Position numbers and translations under genes: made by a program. Below, in pieces: positions 19,700-28,000 of a stretch of DNA of 64,000 nucleotides (position 1 is its first letter; every line of letters starts with the position of its first letter). Below the pieces are notes generated by a model that saw only the letters and a list, made by a program, of their open reading frames with translations, was not told the DNA's origin and did no database searches. The stretch is from Arenicellales bacterium (GTDB lineage: Bacteria > Pseudomonadota > Gammaproteobacteria > Arenicellales > Poriferihabitantaceae): the NCBI GenBank assembly GCA_963457535.1, contig OY734803.1, positions 1,812,977 through 1,876,976 of the forward strand, written 5' to 3'.

Positions 19700-21166
19700 A
19701 TGAACGAGCCCCGAAACCCGGCCACGCTGCAACTCGCGCGCGACGCGTTGCTCGCCCCGGCCGGCATCGGCGAGCGCGAAATCGAGCAGGTCTTCGCGCA
19801 ACTGCTGAACCCGCGCATTGACTACGCCGACCTCTACTTTGAGCACACCCGCCGCGAGTCGTGGTCGCTGGAAGAGGGCGTGGTCAAGTCCGGCAGTTAC
19901 GGCATTGAACAGGGCGTCGGCGTGCGCGCGGTCAGCGGCGAAAAAAGCGGCTTCGCCTATTCCGACGAATTGATTCCGCCGGCGCTGTTGGACGCGGCGC
20001 GCGCCGCGCGCGCCATCGCGCGCAACCCCAAATCCGAACAGCCGCGCGCGCGCATCGCGGTGCGCGGCGACGACCGCGGCGCCGAGTTGTATGCGCCGTC
20101 GGATCCGCTCGCAAGTTTGCGCGACGACGAAAAAGTCGCGCTGTTGCGGCGCGTGGAAAAAACCGCGCGCGCCGTTGACCCGCGCGTCTCGCAGGTGATG
20201 GCGAATTTGGCGGCCGCGCACCAGGTGGTGGTGGTGGCGCGCTCCGACGGACTTCTCGCGGCCGACATTCGCCCGATGATTCGCATGAGCGTGCAGGTCA
20301 TCGCCGCGCAAAACGGGCGGCGCGAGCAGGGCGCCTCGGGCGGCGGCGGGCGGCGCGGATACGCGTATTTCACCGAGGAGCGCATTGACAACTACGCGCG
20401 CGACGCGGCGCAGCAGGCGCTGACCATGCTGGAGGCGAAAGACGCGCCGGCCGGCGAGATGACCGTGGTGCTCGGCCCCGGCTGGCCCGGCATTCTGCTG
20501 CACGAGGCGGTCGGCCACGGGTTGGAGGGCGACTTCAACCGCAAGCGCACCTCGGCGTTCAGCGGCCGCATCGGCGAAAAAGTCGCGAGCGAAAACTGCA
20601 CCGTGGTGGACGACGGCGCCATCGCCGAGCGCCGCGGCTCGCTTTCCATAGACGACGAGGGCGAGCCGGCGCGCCGCAATGTGCTGATTGAAAACGGCGT
20701 GCTGGTCGGCTACATGCAGGACCAACTGAACGCGCGGTTGATGAACATGCGCCCGACCGGAAACGGCCGGCGCGAATCGTTCGCCCATTTGCCGATGCCG
20801 CGCATGACCAACACTTTCATGGAAAGCGGCGAGCACGACCCGCGCGAGATCATTGAGTCGGTGGAGGACGGCCTTTACGCGGTGAATTTTGACGGCGGGC
20901 AGGTGGACATCACTTCCGGCAAATTCGTGTTCTCGGCCTCGGAGGCCTACCGCATTCAGGGCGGCAAGATCACGCACCCGGTGCGCGGCGCGACGCTGAT
21001 AGGAAACGGGCCCGATGTGCTGACGCGCGTCTCCATGCTCGGCGACGATTTTTCGCTGGACCCCGGCAGCGGCGTGTGCGGCAAGGACGGGCAGAGCGTG
21101 CCGGTCGGCGTCGGCCAGCCGACCATGCGCATTGAGCGGCTGACCGTGGGCGGCGCGGCGGTGTAA
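19700..21166 (+). CDS. tldD: Metalloprotease TldD
   Basis: ORF 19700..21166. Motifs: DYADLYFEHTRRESWSLEEG and GILLHEAVGHGLEGDFN. Its partner pmbA lies immediately downstream. Confidence 0.93.
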   Translation: MNEPRNPATLQLARDALLAPAGIGEREIEQVFAQLLNPRIDYADLYFEHTRRESWSLEEGVVKSGSYGIEQGVGVRAVSGEKSGFAYSDELIPPALLDAARAARAIARNPKSEQPRARIAVRGDDRGAELYAPSDPLASLRDDEKVALLRRVEKTARAVDPRVSQVMANLAAAHQVVVVARSDGLLAADIRPMIRMSVQVIAAQNGRREQGASGGGGRRGYAYFTEERIDNYARDAAQQALTMLEAKDAPAGEMTVVLGPGWPGILLHEAVGHGLEGDFNRKRTSAFSGRIGEKVASENCTVVDDGAIAERRGSLSIDDEGEPARRNVLIENGVLVGYMQDQLNARLMNMRPTGNGRRESFAHLPMPRMTNTFMESGEHDPREIIESVEDGLYAVNFDGGQVDITSGKFVFSASEAYRIQGGKITHPVRGATLIGNGPDVLTRVSMLGDDFSLDPGSGVCGKDGQSVPVGVGQPTMRIERLTVGGAAV

Positions 21167-21179
21167 TCCGCTTTTTTCC

Positions 21180-22568
21180 ATGCAAAAAAAAACCGCCGCC
21201 AAAAAAAATAATGGCGGCAAAACCTGGCAGCCGGTTCCGTCCGGCGAACGCGAAAGCAAACTGCTGGAAGTCGCCGAAATCGTGCTGGAACGCGCGCGCG
21301 CGGCCGGCGCGTCCATGGCCGAGGCGCATGTCGACCACGAGCAGGGCATTTCGGTCACGGTGCGAAACGGCGAAATTGAAACGGTGGAGCGCCACCGCGA
21401 CAAGGAACTCGGCGTGACGGTGTATTTCGGCAAACGCCGCGGCGGCGCGTCCACCACCGACTTCAGCGAAGAAGCGGTGGCGCGCGCGGTTTCCTCGGCC
21501 TGCGACATCGCCCGGCACACCGAAGAAGACCCGTGCAACGGAATCGCCGAAATGGAATTGCTGGCGCGCGACTTCCCCGACTTGGACCTGTGGCACCCGT
21601 GGGAAATTGAAGTGGAAGCCGCGGCCGAAGCCGCCGCGGCCTGCGAAAGCGCCGCGCTGAAGTACGACCGGCGCATCAGCAACAGCGAAGGCGCGACGCT
21701 GTCCAGCCACCACGGCGCCGACCTCTACGCCAACTCGCACGGCTTTCGCGGCATGGAGCGCGGCAGCAGCCACTCCATTGACTGCGCGGTCATCGCCGGC
21801 GAAGGCGACGCGATGCAGCGCGACTACTGGTATGACAGCGCGCGCGACGCGCGCGACTTGGCCGCGCCGGCCGCGGTCGGCGAGGAAGCCGCGCGCCGCA
21901 CCGTGCGCCGCCTCGGCGCGCGCAAGGCGCGCACCGCCGAATGCGCGGTGCTGTTTGAGCCGCCGGTCGCGGCCGGCCTGCTGTCGCATTTGGTCGCCGC
22001 GGTCAGCGGGCGCAGCCTCTACCGCAAGGCCTCGTTTTTGCTGGACAAAGCCGGCGAGCGCATCTTTCCGCAAAACATTCGCATTCACGAGCAGCCGCGC
22101 CTGTGCAAATCGGCCGGCGGCGCGGCCTTTGACGGCGAGGGCGTGGCCACCGCCGCGCGCGACCTGGTCACCGGCGGCGTGTTGCGCGGCTATGTTTTGA
22201 ATTGTTATTCGGCGCGCAAACTCGGCGCGCGCACCACCGGCAACGCCGGCGGCGTGCGCAACTTGGAAATCACGCCGACCGCCGATGCGGATCTGCAGGA
22301 ACTCGCCGCGCAAATGGGCGAGGGCGTGGTGATCAGCGAATTGATCGGCTTCGGCGTCAACACCGTCACCGGCGATTATTCGCGCGGCGCGTTCGGCTTT
22401 CTCGTGGAGAACGGCGAGATCGGCCATGCGCTGCAGGAATTCACCATCGCCGGCAACCTCGCCGAAATGTTCCGCAACATCACCGCGGTCGGCGCCGACA
22501 CCGACCGCCGCCGCAACCTGCGCACCGGCTCCATCGCCATCGGCAAAATGGCGGTGGCCGGAAGATAG
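21180..22568 (+). CDS. pmbA: Metalloprotease PmbA (TldE)
   Basis: ORF 21180..22568. It is a TldD/PmbA-family paralogue (EAHVDHEQGISVTVRNGEIETVE ... GDYSRGAFGFLVENGEI) and is paired with tldD. Confidence 0.9.
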   Translation: MQKKTAAKKNNGGKTWQPVPSGERESKLLEVAEIVLERARAAGASMAEAHVDHEQGISVTVRNGEIETVERHRDKELGVTVYFGKRRGGASTTDFSEEAVARAVSSACDIARHTEEDPCNGIAEMELLARDFPDLDLWHPWEIEVEAAAEAAAACESAALKYDRRISNSEGATLSSHHGADLYANSHGFRGMERGSSHSIDCAVIAGEGDAMQRDYWYDSARDARDLAAPAAVGEEAARRTVRRLGARKARTAECAVLFEPPVAAGLLSHLVAAVSGRSLYRKASFLLDKAGERIFPQNIRIHEQPRLCKSAGGAAFDGEGVATAARDLVTGGVLRGYVLNCYSARKLGARTTGNAGGVRNLEITPTADADLQELAAQMGEGVVISELIGFGVNTVTGDYSRGAFGFLVENGEIGHALQEFTIAGNLAEMFRNITAVGADTDRRRNLRTGSIAIGKMAVAGR

Positions 22569-22640
22569 CGAATTCGCGCAACTTTAATTTAACGCGCGGG
22601 AGCCGGGACGGTGTAAAATGCGCGAAGGACGGGAGAACGG

Positions 22641-23174
22641 ATGCGCAACAGGAACCGGAATTGTCCGGCGAAATCGCCGGGACTGCTGCGGCGTTTGTCG
22701 CGGCGAATTTGCGCCGCGCGCCGGCGGCGGGCGGTGGAGCGGTTTGTGCGCGGGCCGGAGTTTGCCGCGTATCTGCTGAAACCGCGGCCGGCGAAAGCGC
22801 CGGGCAGGGCAAAAAATCCGGCAGAGGCGCGCCAGGATTTTGTGCCGCTGGCGGTGCTGGACGGCGAGTTGATGCGCGTCATCGGCGCGAGGTCAGCGGT
22901 GTTGCGGCTGACCGACCGGGGTGCGGACAAGATGTGGCGGTTTCACGGGCCGGGCATGCGGTACCGAAAATCAAGCGACAACCGGGAAAAATATGTGCCG
23001 CTGGAATGGTATGCGGACATCCCGCGGATCTTGCGGGAAGCGAAGCCGTTCAAAAACATGATGCGGCACTGGCAACTAAACCATGCCGGCCTGAAACGAG
23101 CGCTGGTGATCGATGTGGACGACGGCGGCAATCCGGTGCTGATTTCCTATCACGGCAAGAAAAATCTGAGATGA
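22641..23174 (+). CDS. Hypothetical protein (orphan, Arg-rich N-terminus)
   Basis: ORF 22641..23174 has GGGAGA 4 nt upstream of its ATG. Third codon positions are strongly G/C-biased along the whole frame, which supports coding. I recognise no family motif. Its stop overlaps the minus-strand terminator hairpin of the tandem element. Confidence 0.55.
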   Translation: MRNRNRNCPAKSPGLLRRLSRRICAARRRRAVERFVRGPEFAAYLLKPRPAKAPGRAKNPAEARQDFVPLAVLDGELMRVIGARSAVLRLTDRGADKMWRFHGPGMRYRKSSDNREKYVPLEWYADIPRILREAKPFKNMMRHWQLNHAGLKRALVIDVDDGGNPVLISYHGKKNLR

Positions 23175-23320
23175 AAAAACGGGCTGCTTGCCGCAAAGCG
23201 GGGCAATCAAGCAGCCATGGCGGATGTATGAGGGTCATTGCCAAACCTCCTCACGCCTCTGACAGCGATACCCGGTCAAACCGAACATCGCAATTCTTTC
23301 GCGCCGCGCTTTCGCGCGAC
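23171..23320 (-). ncRNA. Candidate structured sRNA, distal copy of a tandem pair (alternative reading: leader plus micro-ORF)
   Basis: Repeat copy 23177-23320. On the minus strand it shows four elements. The first is a cgcgc-GAAA-gcgcg stem-loop. The second is the hairpin GCGAUG..UAUCGC. The third is GAGGAGG. The fourth is a terminal hairpin GGCUGCUUG(23216-23208)...CAAGCAGCC(23190-23182) followed by C-UUUUUU (A6 at 23174-23179 on the + strand). Confidence 0.4.
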
Positions 23321-23333
23321 AGTATCGCAAATA

Positions 23334-23483
23334 ATGAAACGGGCTGCCTGCCGCAAAGCGGGGCAATCAAGCAGCCATGGCGGATGTATGATGGTCATTG
23401 CCAAACCTCCTCACGCCTCTGACAGCGATGCCCGGTCAAACCGAACATCGCAATTCTTTCGCGCCGCGCTTTTCGCGCGACAA
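23334..23483 (-). ncRNA. Candidate structured sRNA, promoter-proximal copy of the tandem pair
   Basis: Repeat copy 23337-23481, 160 nt from the other copy, differing by 3 substitutions and one 1-nt loop indel. It is preceded on the minus strand by a TTGACA / TGgCATAAT promoter. Its terminal hairpin GGCUGCUUG...CAGGCAGCC contains a G.U wobble and is followed by CGUUUCAUUAUUU. Confidence 0.4.
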
Positions 23484-23487
23484 GTGA

Positions 23488-23514
23488 ATTATGCCACATC
23501 ACCCCCCTTGTCAA
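23488..23514 (-). promoter_or_regulatory. Putative promoter for the tandem element (within the last codons of hemW)
   Basis: Minus-strand reading: TTGACA (23514-23509), a 15-nt spacer, then an extended -10 TGg-CATAAT (23496-23488). The repeat unit begins about 7 nt downstream. Confidence 0.45.
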
Positions 23515-24760
23515 GCGCTTCACGAAAAAAATCCGGCCGCTTTTTGCCGCTTTTTTTGGGCTCCCCCGGCAGCGCCTCCTGCAAAATCTCGTCCAAAAAC
23601 CACCACCCCTTTTCGCTGCAGCGCACCCGTTTATTTTTCTGCACCACCCAGCCGCGCGCGCGGGAGTTGGCGACGGCGGCGAGGGCATCTTCGGCGGAAT
23701 GCGCGGCGCGGGCGCGCACCAAATCCGCGCTGAAACCGTCGCGCAAACGCAATGCGCCGAGCAAAAATTCAAACAACATATCGGCGCGCGCGATTTCGGC
23801 GCGGTTTTCCGTCGCCGGATTTTCTCCCTCGCCCGCATTAATAATGTCCTCCTCCAGCCCGGCCAAATACCGCCGCGGATGTTTGCGTTTCCAATACCGC
23901 GTCACCACATGTTCATCTTTTCCGGCGCGCGTAATTTTCCCGTGCGCGCCGGCGCCGATGCCGAGGTAGTCGCCGAACTCCCAGTAATTTAAATTGTGCC
24001 GGCACGCGCCGCCGCTTTTTGCGAACGCCGAAACCTCATAGCGGCGCAGTTCGCATTTCTCCGCGCGCGCCTGCAGTTTGCGCTGCATTTCCACGGCTTT
24101 TTCGTCTCCCGGCAATTTCGGCGGGCGGCGGTAAAAATGCGTGTGCGGCTCAATGGTCAGTTGATACAGCGAAAGGTGGCGCGGCGAAAAATCCAGCGCG
24201 ATGTCCAGGTCGCGCAGCGCGGCGCGGGTGGTTTGCTGCGGCAGCGCGAACATCAAATCCACATTCAGGTTTTCAAAACCAGCGTCCATCGCGGCGCGAA
24301 TCGCGCGGCGCGCGTCGTTCCCTGAGTGAATGCGCCCGAGCGCGCGAAGTTGCGCGTCCGCAAAACTCTGCGCGCCGAGCGAAAGGCGGTTGACGCCGGC
24401 GGCGCGAAAGTCGCGGAAGTTTTCATGTTCGGCCGCGCCGGGGTTTGCTTCCATGGTGATTTCCGCGCCGCCGCAGTCAAAACGCGCGCGCAGTCCGGCG
24501 AGAAATTCGGCAATGCTTTCCGGGGCGAACAAACTGGGCGTGCCGCCGCCGAGAAAAACGGAAATCAGTTTGCGCCCGCGCGCGCCGGCGGCGGCGCCGC
24601 GCGGCGCGAGGTCGCGGTCCAAGTCGCGCAACAGCGCGCCGACATATCCGGCTTGGTCAATTTCGCCGCGCAATTCGTGCGAATTGAAATCGCAATACGG
24701 GCATTTTTTCACGCACCATGGAAAGTGCGCGTAAAGCGCGAGCGGCGGGGCGGTCGGCAT
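23489..24760 (-). CDS. hemW: Radical SAM heme chaperone HemW (HemN-like, YggW family)
   Basis: ORF 23489..24760. The N-terminus LALYAHFPWCVKKCPYCDFNSH carries the CxxxCxxC radical-SAM motif. GGGTPS follows, then a HemN_C-like C-terminal part. Confidence 0.9.
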   Translation of the reverse strand: MPTAPPLALYAHFPWCVKKCPYCDFNSHELRGEIDQAGYVGALLRDLDRDLAPRGAAAGARGRKLISVFLGGGTPSLFAPESIAEFLAGLRARFDCGGAEITMEANPGAAEHENFRDFRAAGVNRLSLGAQSFADAQLRALGRIHSGNDARRAIRAAMDAGFENLNVDLMFALPQQTTRAALRDLDIALDFSPRHLSLYQLTIEPHTHFYRRPPKLPGDEKAVEMQRKLQARAEKCELRRYEVSAFAKSGGACRHNLNYWEFGDYLGIGAGAHGKITRAGKDEHVVTRYWKRKHPRRYLAGLEEDIINAGEGENPATENRAEIARADMLFEFLLGALRLRDGFSADLVRARAAHSAEDALAAVANSRARGWVVQKNKRVRCSEKGWWFLDEILQEALPGEPKKSGKKRPDFFREALDKGGDVA

Positions 24761-24765
24761 TTAAG

Positions 24766-24900
24766 TTTCCGGGGTTTTCCGATGAGTTTTTTAAGCGGGA
24801 GTTTTAAGCGGCGATTTTCCGATGAACTTTTTCGCGGCGGTTTTTCCGCGGAGATTTTCACCGGCGATTTTCCGCGGCGCTTTTAATGCGCGATATTTTT
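24766..24900. repeat. TTTTCC(G) motif array with a ~13-14-bp period in the hemW / giant-gene divergent intergenic region
   Basis: T-run starts at 24766, 24775, 24787, 24802, 24815, 24828, 24841, 24855, 24868, 24881 and 24896. Most spacings are 13-15 bp. Confidence 0.8.
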
Positions 24901-25006
24901 CGCCGGCGCGCGCCGGGAAATTGCGCTTGCGCGCCGCGCCGCGGGGTGCTATTGTAGCCGCGCGTTCGGCGCTGCATTTTTCACACACTTTTTTTAGGGG
25001 GGTGGC

Positions 25007-28000
25007 ATGTCCATGCTGAAAGTTTTGACTCGGTTTTCGCGGCGGTTCGCGCCGCGCGGGATGCCCGCGTTTTTCGCGGCGCTTTTTGCGTTTGCGCTGC
25101 TCGCGCCGCCGGAGGCGGAGGCGCAGTGGTATCAGGGGGCGGCGTTTTCTCCGCGGGATTACTCGTGGCAAGTCGGGAAGGATTTGGGCCTTGCTAGGGG
25201 ACGCCCGCCATTTGTCCGAGGCACGGGGGTTCTCGTGAATGGCTGTTGGGGGGCAGCGACGCTGCAATCCGCCCTGCCGCCGGGGATTAGTTTCGTGCCT
25301 TACACCCTCGGCATCAGGTCATCCAACGGCGGTTATTCGTTTACCGGCACGCCGACTTCGCCGGGGGAGTGGAAACTCCGCGTGCGCATTAATTGCCCGC
25401 CGCACCGTAGCCGAGATGCGAGGTGGTCCAATGGCGGCGTGACCAATGAAGTCACCGCCACCGTCGCCCCGGCCGCCGGCGCGCCGGGCAGGCCGCGCGC
25501 CCCGGACAGTCCGGATGTGGCGGTGGCCCCGGCGACCGGCGGAGTCACGGTGAAATGGAAAGCGCCGTCCGATGCCGGCTCCGGCGGCTCCATCAAAAAT
25601 TATTTCGTCCGCCACCGCGTCAAAGCGGGCCCCGGCGCCTGGCAGCCGAGCGCGGCCGGGACGGAACTGGCCGGCAGCGCGACCACGCACAGCATCGCCG
25701 GCCTGAGCGGCGACACCGAATACGAAGTGGAAGTGCGCGCCAAAGGAAATGACGACAAACTCGGGCACTGGTTTGCGGCCGGCAGCGCCGCGCCGCTGAC
25801 GCCGCGCGCGGCCTTCGCCGAAACCGCGCTGCGCGCCACCGAAGGCGGCGGCGCGCTGAGTTTCACGCTGAACTTGCCGGTGGCCGCGCATGCCGCGGTG
25901 GAGGCGACCATCACCCCGGGCAACATTACCGCCTCCGACGCCGACTACGCGCCCGCGCCGCTGGTGCTGGCGTTTGCCGCCGGCGAGGACAGCGCGGGCG
26001 GAAACATCAGCATCACCGACGACAATTTGGTGGAGCCCGACGAAACCTTTCGCCTGTCCATTACCGCGCTGGACGGATTTGACATCGGCGACCCGGCCGT
26101 CGTGACCATCGCCGACGACGACCGCGCCGCGGCGCGCGTCGCCTTTCACGCCTCGGACGCGACCGTGACCGCCGATTACACCGCGAATGTCGCCGAAGAT
26201 GTTTCGGGCGGAGTGGTCACAATTCCGGTGACCATCAGTCCGCAACCGACGGAAGATGTCGTGCTGCAAATTGAAGCGGCGCCGGGCGGCGACGCGGACG
26301 AGGGCGCGGATTGGACGCTGACCACGACCACGCTGACTTTTCCGGCGAACAACGCGACGCTGACGCGCAATGTTTCGGTCGCCATTATTAATGATGATTT
26401 GTTTGAGGCGGAGGAAACCATTCGCCTGCGCATTCGCGCCGCCGACGCCGACGGCTCGGATTCCACCGACGCGAATTACGACCACGCCGACCTTTACGCG
26501 CGCGGCGGCGAAGCGATTGTCACCATCGCCAGCGAAGACGCGCGCGAAGCGAGCGCGCCGCAAAACGCGCGCCTCACGCCGCAACTCGGCGGCCTTCGCG
26601 TTTCCTGGGAGGCGCCGCAATTCAGCCGCGTTGCAAATCCGAATTACCGCTGGCGGGTGCGCTGGCGCGAGGCGGTGGAGTCGGGTCCGGAAAATCCCTG
26701 GCAAAACGCAAGCGGCGACGCGGAAACCGGCGAACTTTTAACCGACGCGGCGGCGCGCGAATACGACATCGCCGGCCTGGCCGACGGCGGCGAATACGAT
26801 GTGCAAGTCGCGGCGGTGACGAGTCTCGGACTCGGTTTGTGGTCGGCGGCGCAAAGCGCGACCACGATTGACGCGAGTTTGCGCGAACTTTCCCTTACCG
26901 GCGCGGACGGAAAAACGATCGCGCTTTCGCCGGCGTTTTCCGCGGGCGTGTACACCTACACCGCCGCGGAAGTTGCCACGCCGGCGTATTTCGCCACGGT
27001 TTCCGCGGCGACCAACGACGCGGCCGCGAGTTACAGCGTGAACGGCGCGGCGCCGCCGGCCGCGCTGACCGTCCGCCTGGCCACCGGCGCGAACACTATT
27101 AATGTCGCGGTGACCGCGGCCGGCGGCGGCTCGCGCGTTTATACGGTAACTTTTTCGCGCGCCGAAGGCAGGGCCGGCCCGCCGCAAAACGCGCGCCTCA
27201 CGCCGGAACTCGGGCGCATTCGCGTCGCCTGGGAAACGCCGCAATACGGCGGCGTTGCAAATCCGAATTACCGCTGGCGGGTGCGCTGGCGCGAGGCGGT
27301 GGATTCCGGCGCGGAAAATGCCTGGCAGGGCGCGAACGGAGACGCGCAAAACGGCGAACTTTTAACCGACGCGGCGGCGCGCGCGTATGTCATCACCGGC
27401 TTGGCCGACGGCGCCGAATACGATGTGCAAGTCGCGGCGGTAACGCGGCTCGGCGTCGGGTTGTGGTCGGATGAACAGAGCGCGACTTCGCTGGACGCGA
27501 GTTTAAGCGCGCTTTCGCTGACCGGCGCGGACGGAAAGACGATTGCGCTTTCGCCGGCGTTTTCGCCGTCGGTTTACACCTACACCGCCGCGGAAGTCGC
27601 GGTGGCCGCGTATTTCGCGACGGTTGCCGCGACCACCAACGACAACGCCGCGAGTTTCAGCGTGAACGGCATGAAAAATCCGCCGATCAACATCCGCCTG
27701 TCCACCGGCGAAAACACCATCAAAATCACCGTGGTCGCGGCCGACAACAGCAACTCGCGCGTGTATTCGGTGACTTTTTCGCGCGCCACCGGGCAGGCCG
27801 CGGCGCCGGCCAATCTGCAACTCGTCTCGCAACTCGGGCGCATAGTCGCCTCGTGGCAGGCGCCGCCCTATGCCGGCGGCTCGGAAATTTTGCGCTACCG
27901 CATTCGCTGGCGCGAGGCGGTGGAATCGGGTCCGGTGAACAACTGGCAGGGCGCGGCCGGCGACGCGGTGAACGGGGAAATTTTGTTTGACCCGCTGGCG

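Noticed and set aside
22202-23422. A 406-aa + strand ORF and a 243-aa + strand ORF (23238-23969) covering the tandem element.
   Set aside because: The first overlaps pmbA and the 177-aa ORF out of frame. The second is antisense to hemW. The two repeat copies fall in different + strand frames, so the repeat is not conserved as + strand coding sequence.
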